Shown here: piece by piece, positions 52,504-60,188 of the stretch
Layout of the letters: each line of letters begins with the position of its first letter
How positions within the stretch are numbered: position 1 is the first letter of the stretch
IMG/VR virus record: IMGVR_UViG_3300037483_000793
Coordinates: 64,001 to 128,000 of that record
DNA length: 64,000 nucleotides
From: a virus
Direction: 5' to 3' (one strand)
Notes under the pieces: generated by a model
What the model saw: only the letters and a program-made list of their open reading frames with translations
Told to the model about the DNA's origin: nothing
Database searches by the model: none
Position numbers and translations under genes: made by a program

Positions 52504-53082
52504 CTAACCCCGTGCCTTGCGACGGTAGACGACGTAGCCGACGCCGCCGACACCGAGCACGGCCACGACGCCGCCAAGGATCCACCACAGCGTCTTGGAC
52601 TTGACCTTCGGCAGCGCCGCGGCAGCAGGTGACATGCCCGGGATCTGCACAGGTCCGATCGTGGTCGTCTGGTGCACGACTGGCGGCGGCTGGTACGCGA
52701 CAGCAGTACCGGACGGCGACGGCCGCATGCCTCCAGCCTGTTGTACGACGGCGAGGTTCTGAAGCAGGTCGATCAGCATGCCCGCGTTTGCGGCGACGGC
52801 TTCTTTCGTCGATGGCGCCGTCGCGAGACCCAGCCTCTTGATCGCTTGCAGCGCCGTTACCGTAGCGGCGCCGATGAAGCCATCGACGGTGAGCGGCTTG
52901 AAGCCTGCAGCACCGGAGAAGACGTTCGTCTTCATCTGCAGCTGCTTGAACAACGCGTCGTTCGTCGGGCCGATCGCGTAGCAGATGGCGTTGTTGCAGT
53001 TGAAGTCCTTGCCCTGTGTCAGCCCGGCGGCGCTGAAGCCGTAGCCGAAGCCGTTACCGCCGCTGTGAGCCTGAATAAGCAT
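52504..53082 (-). CDS. Peptidoglycan-binding-domain protein (paralog of 51796-52500), C-terminal TM
   Basis: LTVDGFIGAATVTA; FNCNNAICYA; GGAG RBS before ATG 53082. Confidence 0.75.
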   Translation of the reverse strand: MLIQAHSGGNGFGYGFSAAGLTQGKDFNCNNAICYAIGPTNDALFKQLQMKTNVFSGAAGFKPLTVDGFIGAATVTALQAIKRLGLATAPSTKEAVAANAGMLIDLLQNLAVVQQAGGMRPSPSGTAVAYQPPPVVHQTTTIGPVQIPGMSPAAAALPKVKSKTLWWILGGVVAVLGVGGVGYVVYRRKARG

Positions 53083-53207
53083 GGATTCTCCTGTCCAAAC
53101 ATGTATCACGCGAGGTCCGGGACGGGCAACGATCGCGCACGCGATCGGCCTGCCAAACGCCTGTCAGGCCCTCCGAAACCTCGATCGCGTCGGCGATCCA
53201 GAGTAGG

Positions 53208-53540
53208 ATGAACGTCAACGTCGTGAACCCCGCCGCCAACGCCCGCACCATCGTCGTGCTGTTCACGATCCCCGGATGTGAAGCGTGCGCGGAGTACAAG
53301 CCGCGCTTTCAGCGCATCGCGCAGCAGTATCAAAACGTCGTGCCCATCTACATGCTCAACGCTAACGACACGCGACCGGACGTCGCGGACCTTGCAAGTC
53401 GTTTGCATGTTGCGAACGTACCTGCGACGTTCGTGTTGCGGCGACCGACCGGCGTGATCCGCGTCGAAGGTGCTATCCCTGATTCTCAAATCGCGTGGCT
53501 GCTTGGTGTCGCTGCGCGCGAAGTGTCGAACCCTTACTAG
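53208..53540 (+). CDS. Thioredoxin-fold protein without signal peptide
   Basis: FTIPGCEAC (CxxC) and VANVPATF cis-Pro loop. Confidence 0.85.
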   Translation: MNVNVVNPAANARTIVVLFTIPGCEACAEYKPRFQRIAQQYQNVVPIYMLNANDTRPDVADLASRLHVANVPATFVLRRPTGVIRVEGAIPDSQIAWLLGVAAREVSNPY

Positions 53541-53553
53541 GAGAGAAACGAGA

Positions 53554-53898
53554 ATGATGTACGCAAACCTTCGCGACGCCAGTGGCAACATGGTCGGCTC
53601 CGTCGCAGTCGATCCCACGCAGGCAGGTGGCCTGCAAGGCGCTCTCAGCGACGCGATGCAGAAGCTGCAGCACGCGCAAGGCCAAGGCGTGCCGCACCAG
53701 GCACGTCCACTGCCGCCCGGTTACCTACCGCCGGGTGCGGGCCAGTCACAGCCGTACTCGCAGTCGCGGCCGTTTGTCTGCCAGATGCGTTACCAGACGC
53801 GCGCGCCGAACGGCCAGGTCGTGTGGGCGACGCAGTCGATCACGTGCCCGCCGGGGATGCCGCCGGGCATCTACATCCACTCGCCCGGCCACCGCTAG
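53554..53898 (+). CDS. Gln/Pro-rich hypothetical protein with 2 Cys
   Basis: GGAG RBS; follows thioredoxin. Confidence 0.6.
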   Translation: MMYANLRDASGNMVGSVAVDPTQAGGLQGALSDAMQKLQHAQGQGVPHQARPLPPGYLPPGAGQSQPYSQSRPFVCQMRYQTRAPNGQVVWATQSITCPPGMPPGIYIHSPGHR

Positions 53899-54434
53899 TT
53901 CTTGGCGGTGGCGGCGGTTCCGCTGCGCGTGTCGGGGAACTTCTTCGACGCGTAGTGGATCGTGGTGTAAAACGTCGCGCACGTGATGACGTCGATCGCG
54001 ACCATCGTTGCGATCGGCCACGACAGCGGCAACGTGGTGGTCAAGTACACCGGCACGTAGATCGCGCGTGTGATCATCACGCAGATGGCGAGGCTGATCG
54101 GGTTACCGCGCGCACGCCACGAGCGGAAGAACCGTAGCAGAACGGGGATCCAGGCCAGAGCGACGACGAGCGTCGCGATGGGTACAGCTTCCTGGTTCAC
54201 GTTGGTTCACGACTTGACGTGCAGGCCAGCGCCGTTGAGGGTGTGCTTGAGGTCGGTGCTGGCCCGACCGAAGCGTTGTACGTGACGCCGCTGGGCGACT
54301 TCAGCCGCCGCGTGGATCTGTTGATCCACTTCGGCTGCAGCGTGCCTGACGGTGCGCCGTGTGCGCCGCTGCCACAGTCCGAGACCGACGACGAGCACGA
54401 TGAAGATCAGAACCGATGTTACGAAGGACCACAT
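53895..54434 (-). other. Two small membrane proteins (53895-54200 multi-TM; 54207-54434 single N-terminal TM)
   Basis: Hydrophobic segments; adjacent to holin-like gene. Confidence 0.55.
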
Positions 54435-54435
54435 G

Positions 54436-54642
54436 TCATTTTCCTTCTTCAGGAGCTGTGCCAGCAGCGAGCGTCACAGCTTCGGGAACATCGAGTGTCT
54501 TCAAGATCACCGCGTTGACGATGGTGAGCTTTTGGATGAGGAGACGAATTTCTCGCAGCTCACGCGTGACGCTCATCATGAGCCACAGCGCAAAGCCGAC
54601 GGGAAATCCCCACCGCTCGATGATGGTTTGGAAGAGATCCAC
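54436..54642 (-). CDS. YvrJ/BhlA-like holin-type small membrane protein
   Basis: IIERWGFPVGFALWLM followed by amphipathic helix. Confidence 0.55.
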   Translation of the reverse strand: MDLFQTIIERWGFPVGFALWLMMSVTRELREIRLLIQKLTIVNAVILKTLDVPEAVTLAAGTAPEEGK

Positions 54643-54658
54643 GAGTAGTTAGTCGTGG

Positions 54659-54943
54659 TTACATCCGAGCGGCGACGCACTTGCGGAACGCCTTGGCACT
54701 CTTGCCCTTGCAGGCACGTGCAGCGGCGGCGAGCTTGCGCTTGTACGGCGCGAGGTGGCGCGTCGATGGCGCGCGACGCGGCGAGCAGCCCGGCCCGGTC
54801 TTGCCCTTGAACGAGATGACCTTGCCACGCTTGGTCTTGAAACGGACGATGCCGCTCCGGCAGCTGGCGCCGCGCGCGCGGCTCCGCTTCTTGCTGCGCT
54901 TCTTCCGTGCACCGAGGGCCTCGAACGTGTTGATACCGAACAT
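54659..54943 (-). CDS. Very basic putative DNA-condensing core protein
   Basis: MFG..EALG-ARKKRSKKRSRAR; Lys/Arg rich; 4 Cys; AGGAG RBS. Confidence 0.65.
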   Translation of the reverse strand: MFGINTFEALGARKKRSKKRSRARGASCRSGIVRFKTKRGKVISFKGKTGPGCSPRRAPSTRHLAPYKRKLAAAARACKGKSAKAFRKCVAARM

Positions 54944-54971
54944 GCTGCTCTCCTGAAGGTTGTGCGCTGCC

Positions 54972-55127
54972 TTAGCGCTTGACGAACGGGTTCGGACGCT
55001 GCACCGGACGCTGCACCGGACGCTGCACGGGCCGCGCGGGTTGCGCAGGCATCGTACGAACGCAGCAATCCTTGCCGGACTGCGGAGCTTGCCGAACAGG
55101 AGCTTTGGGGCTACGGCGACCGAACAT
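54972..55127 (-). CDS. Unannotated 51-aa basic protein MFGRRSPK...(PVQR)3...KR
   Basis: Below ORF-track cutoff; TGG-TAGGAT seven nt before ATG; contains the 12-bp repeat in frame. Confidence 0.6.
   Translation of the reverse strand: MFGRRSPKAPVRQAPQSGKDCCVRTMPAQPARPVQRPVQRPVQRPNPFVKR
54993..55028. repeat. 12-bp tandem repeat CGGACGCTGCAC x3 (encodes PVQR on minus strand)
   Basis: Read directly. Confidence 0.9.
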
Positions 55128-55249
55128 GGCGTTCATCCTACCAGAACATTCGGTCGATCGCGCAAGCGATCGGGTACGCCAACGTGGGCGATCCCTTCAG
55201 GGACTGTTTGACCCGTACTGGCGCTACCCGTACATTCGAGCCCAGCGCC

Positions 55250-56257
55250 ATGACTCAGATCAATCCCCGTTCGTTCGCGGACGCCAAACAGCTCGGCGAT
55301 TCCACCTATGAACTGATCCTGACGAACTGGGGCAACTTCGGCAGTGCGCGCGATCCGAACAACGCCTCCGAGCAGTATCCGCCGATCAAGAGCACTCCGG
55401 CGCCGACACCGCCGGGACCGCTCGCGTTGCCGAACGGCGCAATTCCGATCGTCGGCGAGTGGCTACTGCCGCCGCTTCCCAGCGTCTTCGCGATCGCGAT
55501 TGCACCGCGCAGCGATCTCGATCGTTGCATCTTGAACTTTCCAGCGCTGCCGCAATTTCCAGCGGTCGACACACCAGAGCCGTACGGGCCACGCGGGCTC
55601 ACCGGCAAGAGCATTACGATCGCTGAAGGTTTCGTAAACTACGGCGGCATCCTGGAGACCGAACAGTTTCTGAGCGTGAATGCGCCGTTGATCGGTCAAA
55701 TCAACGGGCCGATCCTCGTTCGTGCTCACACGTTCGCGTGGTTCAAGGACGGTTACACACCGCTCGATCCAGCTGGGACGCAGCGCTTCGGTACTGCCCT
55801 CAACGAACCGTTCAGTACGTCAGGTGTGATCAGCAATTTTCAGGTGCCCGAGCTGCGCCTCTTGCTGTACTTGACCAGCAAGAGCGGGCTGCCGCCACAG
55901 AAGCGTGCGCCACTCCATCGCACCTTCAACATAACGCCAATCTACCCGGCAGCGGGTATCGTCGGCCCGTGGGTCGTACCGATCATGGGACGGCGTCATG
56001 TCGTGATCTCGGCGCGTAGCACCAGCGCCGGACCCGTCACGGTGAACGCAGGCGGTGTCATGAATAGCGAGTTCACCAACTTCGGAAGCACGGCAGACTT
56101 CTCGATGGATGAAGTGCCGCTCGGAACGGTCACGATCGCTGCAAACGGGGGCGGGGTCATCACCATCGACAACCCGGGTTGTCCGTTCCTGACGGTGCAG
56201 GCATCCGGCGGCGGCCTCTTCGATTTCATGACCGTCAACGTCGACGCATTCGACTAA
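55250..56257 (+). CDS. Beta-rich putative virion structural protein (alternative start 55184)
   Basis: Alternating beta-strand pattern, Pro-rich, 2 Cys; palindrome upstream. Confidence 0.5.
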   Translation: MTQINPRSFADAKQLGDSTYELILTNWGNFGSARDPNNASEQYPPIKSTPAPTPPGPLALPNGAIPIVGEWLLPPLPSVFAIAIAPRSDLDRCILNFPALPQFPAVDTPEPYGPRGLTGKSITIAEGFVNYGGILETEQFLSVNAPLIGQINGPILVRAHTFAWFKDGYTPLDPAGTQRFGTALNEPFSTSGVISNFQVPELRLLLYLTSKSGLPPQKRAPLHRTFNITPIYPAAGIVGPWVVPIMGRRHVVISARSTSAGPVTVNAGGVMNSEFTNFGSTADFSMDEVPLGTVTIAANGGGVITIDNPGCPFLTVQASGGGLFDFMTVNVDAFD

Positions 56258-56691
56258 AAGCAAAGCCCGTACGCGTTCCGGCCGGGTGGCGCCGGGCTCA
56301 CCTCGCAGTGGTGGTTAACGCTCGTCGCGCAGTCTGCATCGGTCACGCAGTACGGTTGACACTGTCCGTAAAAGCACATCGTGCCTGCCACGCAGTCGGT
56401 GTTGTTGAGACAAAACGAGTACACCTGACCTGTCCCGGCCGGTTCACAGGACGTGCTGGTGCTGCTGTTCGTGTAGCAGGCCTGCGTCGCGCCGCAGTCC
56501 TGCGCGATTGGGTCACAGCACGTGTCACACGGCGCGTATGAGATCGGCGGGCCGTCGATGCTACCGTCACCGAGTGCGTTGCCGTCGCCGTCGCTGTTAC
56601 CGGCGTCAATGACGTCGTCGTCGTCGCCTGTTCCTGTACTACCGCAACCACACCACGCGACGACTGCCGCGACCCAAATCATGTTTCGCAT
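56254..56691 (-). CDS. Cys-rich secreted/lipoprotein of myxobacterial type
   Basis: Hydrophobic N-terminus ending AWCGC, Asp/Gly linker, CDPIAQDC...C..DC repeats. Confidence 0.7.
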   Translation of the reverse strand: MRNMIWVAAVVAWCGCGSTGTGDDDDVIDAGNSDGDGNALGDGSIDGPPISYAPCDTCCDPIAQDCGATQACYTNSSTSTSCEPAGTGQVYSFCLNNTDCVAGTMCFYGQCQPYCVTDADCATSVNHHCEVSPAPPGRNAYGLCF

Positions 56692-56774
56692 GTTTCTCTC
56701 GACTTGTTGTACTGCAGAGAGACGCGCGAACCGGCTGAATGTTCACGCAGCAATTTCGCTGCGACTTCAACTTG

Positions 56775-57125
56775 TTACAGGTCCGACGACGACAGGATGT
56801 ACCAGGCGACGCCGTCCGAAACTACGTGCATGACGTCGTACTGGTCGGGTAGTGACTGCGTCGGCGCGCCGTCGATCGTGTCGACGCCTGTCGGGTTGAT
56901 CGTCACGGCGAAGGCAGCACTGATGTTCTTGATCCAGTACGCCTTGCCCTTGTTGTCGGCCGCGAGTGGCAGTGTCACCGTGGCGAGCGCATTGACGAGA
57001 ATGACACTGGCGGGTGCATCGACACCGGCAGCGAACGCAGCGGTCACCGTGATGACGCCGTAGTGCAAGTACGGTGCGTTCATCAGCGGATAGCGGTCGT
57101 CCCAGGTCTCCTGATTTTTGCTCAT
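56775..57125 (-). CDS. Spike/fibre-type beta domain protein
   Basis: VTLPLA..KGKAYWIKN...TIDG...QY..VSDG..WYI pattern common in virion fibres. Confidence 0.7.
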   Translation of the reverse strand: MSKNQETWDDRYPLMNAPYLHYGVITVTAAFAAGVDAPASVILVNALATVTLPLAADNKGKAYWIKNISAAFAVTINPTGVDTIDGAPTQSLPDQYDVMHVVSDGVAWYILSSSDL

Positions 57126-57136
57126 GGCGGTCTCCT

Positions 57137-57439
57137 TTACGGAACGGGCAGTGCCTCGGAAGCCGAGACGGAAAGTAGACCGCTGACCGCCGCGCCGACG
57201 GCGTAGAGGCCCTGCTTCGGTGCGAGCACGAACGCGTGCTGTTCGCCGGGAAACACACGGTACGACGCGGTTGTCGGCGCAGGGAACAGATCGGTCGTCG
57301 TCAAGCTGACGAAGATCAGCACAGGGCCGACGTTGTTGACGAGAACACGCAACGGCTTGGTGCTGGCCGCTTTCGCGATCGTCGTCGGCTGCGTGCCGAC
57401 GGCTTGGACGGTGTACGTCTCGAAGTTTGTGTTCTGCAT
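57137..57439 (-). CDS. Small beta-sandwich virion protein
   Basis: VLVNNVGPVLIFV...RVFPGEQHAFVL...LYAV. Confidence 0.55.
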   Translation of the reverse strand: MQNTNFETYTVQAVGTQPTTIAKAASTKPLRVLVNNVGPVLIFVSLTTTDLFPAPTTASYRVFPGEQHAFVLAPKQGLYAVGAAVSGLLSVSASEALPVP

Positions 57440-57456
57440 CGCGAACAGCTACCGCG

Positions 57457-57993
57457 TTAGCGGACCTCGCTCGGGGGGCCGATGATGTCGAGGTAACCCT
57501 GGAAGTTGACCTCGATGCGCACGAACTGCACGTCGACGCGCTCGGGCTCGATGTTGGCGTCAAGGATCACGACCGCCGGGTAATCCTGCGTGTCGATCTG
57601 CACCTGGAAGCCCTCGCTGCGGACGATCGTGTAGGGCTCTTCGAGATCCCACGCGCCTGTGTTCTTCTGCAGCAGCTGGCTGACGAGCGTTGCGCTCTTG
57701 GTCAGGTTCTCGTTCTTCGCGAAATCGAGGATGCGCATACGCACCCGCTTCTCCAGCGTGGTCGGTTGCGGTTCGAGCACCGTTGGCGTTGAAAAGCCGT
57801 CGGGCGTGCCCTTGGCCGTCAGGCCGATCCGGACGCGGTGGATCTCGAACGGCTTGTCGACGTTGTGGAGAAACGACGCTTCGGGGAACACGACGCCCGA
57901 CAGGTTCGGACCGACGTCCAGCTCTGCGGCGACGTTGTACGGAATGCGAAACGTGATGTCCTTGCCCGCAAAAGCTACTGGCAGACGGCCCAT
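57457..57993 (-). CDS. Putative single-jelly-roll capsid-like protein
   Basis: 178 aa, all-beta pattern (FEIHRVRI, VRMRILD, LEEPYTIV..EGFQVQIDT, IEVNFQGY); GAGGAG RBS; heads a structural operon. Confidence 0.45.
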   Translation of the reverse strand: MGRLPVAFAGKDITFRIPYNVAAELDVGPNLSGVVFPEASFLHNVDKPFEIHRVRIGLTAKGTPDGFSTPTVLEPQPTTLEKRVRMRILDFAKNENLTKSATLVSQLLQKNTGAWDLEEPYTIVRSEGFQVQIDTQDYPAVVILDANIEPERVDVQFVRIEVNFQGYLDIIGPPSEVR

Positions 57994-58114
57994 GGGTGTT
58001 CTCCTCGAAGGTCGATCGCTGCTGCGACTGGTGTAGGGTCACCATCGCGCACGCACTGGATCTCCGCAAGGTTGTTCGCGTTTTTTCAGATACGAGCAGT
58101 GGTAAGTTCTACAA

Positions 58115-58519
58115 GTGCCTCAACGAATCGTGAAGACCGTCCTGCCGGTCGACGGTGTGTTTCGTTTCGAGGCGACGGTACGCGCCGAGGGCAACGCACG
58201 TAGCTTGCGCGTCGCAGTCCCGGCCGCGATCGTGCGCGGGCTCGTGCACGTCGGTTGGACCGGCCGCTGGCTCAGCGTGATGCTCGACGCCGCCCCGTGC
58301 TGCCTGTCCGAAGAACCGCGATTTCGCGTTGCTGTTCGCCCGCATCCGACGAGCGTGATGTTCGCGTTACCGCAGCGTGCCCGTGGCGAGCTACGCGCGG
58401 GTGATCGCGTGGCGTTGACGATCGCGGCTGTCGACGGCCCACGTGCGCCAAGGAGCCGCCGCGTACGCGGCGAGATTCGCCGTGCAAACTCGTCGCTGAC
58501 GCTGCCGTGGCTACGCTGA
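58115..58519 (+). CDS. Possible tandem AbrB/swapped-hairpin protein
   Basis: SLRVAVPAAIV and SVMFALPQRARGELRAGDRVALTI. Confidence 0.35.
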   Translation: MPQRIVKTVLPVDGVFRFEATVRAEGNARSLRVAVPAAIVRGLVHVGWTGRWLSVMLDAAPCCLSEEPRFRVAVRPHPTSVMFALPQRARGELRAGDRVALTIAAVDGPRAPRSRRVRGEIRRANSSLTLPWLR

Positions 58520-58546
58520 GGTTGCCGCTCGGGCAGTTCTGTTAGT

Positions 58547-59446
58547 ATGGTGGCTGCGATGGCGCGCGTGCACGGTCGACGGCCACCTCGGCTCGAAGCG
58601 AGAGACCGCGTATGGATTGCGCGGATGCGGCAGCTTGCAGCGGCCGAGGCACGCGCCAACGCCGAAGACGCCGAGTTCGAAGATCGTCCGGTTCGCGCGC
58701 TCGCGCAGCGTGAGCAAGAACTGGCTGCGCCCGCCGTACGCGAGATCATCCGCGAGCGTGCATCGTCATGGATGCCGCTCGCGATTGGCCTGGGCATCGT
58801 TGCCGTGATCGGTGTCGCGGGCGTGGTGATCTACTTGCTCGTGCGGCGCAAGGACGGCCAGACAGCGGTGCTCGGCGAAGTCGATCCGCGCTTCGTGCCG
58901 ACACACATGCAGCAGCAACAGCCGCAGGTCTACCTGATCAACGCAGGCGGCGGTCAAGCGCAGGTCACGCGTGCCGAGCCTGCAAATGCGTCGGCACCCG
59001 CAAACGACGGTGCGATGTTGTCATTGCTCGGCCGCATCGAGGCAGGCATTGGCTCGCTCGTGAATCACAACAAGGTGCCCTACAACCAATCGACGATGCG
59101 AACGTACCGACTGCCGTGGCTTGCCGATGCAGGCAACTCGGCAGTCCGGATCGCGACCGCTGGCAATTCGTCGATGGAAGCTGTCGTGCGCGTCGTTTCG
59201 CCACCGGGCGGTCTTGCAGCATTCTCGTTCTCGCCGAACGAGTTGAATCTCGCGCAGACCGTCGTCGCGCCCGGACTGTCGACGGTACCAGCTGGTGAAA
59301 CGCTCGTGGTGCCCTCGGGGCAGCAACAGCCAATCCATATGAACCCGAAGCAGGTGCTGTACGCCAAGGGCAACCTGTCGAACTCGAACCCGACGGGCGC
59401 CGTCGTCATCTCGATCAGCACCGTTGACAACTACGTCTCGCGATGA
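58547..59446 (+). CDS. Single-TM protein with C-terminal beta-sandwich (putative virion)
   Basis: TM LAIGLGIVAVIGVAGVVIYLLV-RRK; C-terminal strands ending VISISTVD. Confidence 0.6.
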   Translation: MVAAMARVHGRRPPRLEARDRVWIARMRQLAAAEARANAEDAEFEDRPVRALAQREQELAAPAVREIIRERASSWMPLAIGLGIVAVIGVAGVVIYLLVRRKDGQTAVLGEVDPRFVPTHMQQQQPQVYLINAGGGQAQVTRAEPANASAPANDGAMLSLLGRIEAGIGSLVNHNKVPYNQSTMRTYRLPWLADAGNSAVRIATAGNSSMEAVVRVVSPPGGLAAFSFSPNELNLAQTVVAPGLSTVPAGETLVVPSGQQQPIHMNPKQVLYAKGNLSNSNPTGAVVISISTVDNYVSR

Positions 59447-59475
59447 GCGGACGTAGGCACATGATAGGCTGAGCC

Positions 59476-59886
59476 ATGGACCCGGCTCGGGCGCTCGTCA
59501 CATCGCCCACGATCCGTAACGACACGCCCGCCGCGCCAGACGACTGGGCGATGGTCGTGTTGATCAAAGGCGGTGGTGGTATTCCCATCATCGTCACGGT
59601 CGTCGGGCCGACGACCGGTGTCACGACGACGATTCCTGTCTCGGTGGTTCCGGTCGTTTTTTTAGCCGCGAATCCAGCACGGCTCGGCGCGACGATCGTC
59701 AATGACTCACCGAATCGGTTCCTCTACGTCAAGTTGGGTGCGGGTGTCGGACTCGCAAGTTACTCGGTGCGGATCGGGCCGCACAGTTACTATGAGTTGC
59801 CGTTCCCGGCATATACAGGCGTGATCGAAGGCGTCTGGAACGCTGTGACACCAGGAACATTCGCGACCGTCACCGAGTTGACGTAG
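59476..59886 (+). CDS. Small jelly-roll-type virion protein (N..R.GA.I.ND...YTG...TELT family)
   Basis: Paralogous to 61186-61743 and 61764-62138. Confidence 0.6.
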   Translation: MDPARALVTSPTIRNDTPAAPDDWAMVVLIKGGGGIPIIVTVVGPTTGVTTTIPVSVVPVVFLAANPARLGATIVNDSPNRFLYVKLGAGVGLASYSVRIGPHSYYELPFPAYTGVIEGVWNAVTPGTFATVTELT

Positions 59887-59894
59887 GATGAGGT

Positions 59895-60188
59895 ATGCCC
59901 GTTCAAGCCCTCATCCGTAAGCTGACCCGTGCGCAGATCGACAAGGTCGTCGCTGACTCCAAAGCGAAGCTCACCGTCCAGGATCAGAGCGGCGCAACGC
60001 TCGTCATCGTGACCGCTACGATGGACGGCGAGGGTAAGGATCCCGTCGCCAACCTCGCGCTGCAGAAGATCTGCGACATGGATGCTGCCGTTGTGCAGAA
60101 GGAGCGCGAGGAAGAGGCGGCCAAGATTGCGGCCGAGAAGCGGGCCAAGCTCGCTGCAGAAGCGGCGAAGGCCGCCAACAACGGCTAG
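59895..60188 (+). CDS. Hypothetical protein with Ala/Glu/Lys-rich helical tail
   Basis: GAGGT RBS. Confidence 0.55.
   Translation: MPVQALIRKLTRAQIDKVVADSKAKLTVQDQSGATLVIVTATMDGEGKDPVANLALQKICDMDAAVVQKEREEEAAKIAAEKRAKLAAEAAKAANNG

Noticed and set aside
50879-53082. Type IV prepilin (G-F) cleavage leaders
   Set aside because: No basic leader, no hydrophobic stretch or Glu5 after the Phe
56264-56298. AGCCCG...CGGGCT hairpin with T-run as a terminator
   Set aside because: Lies inside the lipoprotein coding sequence, before its stop codon
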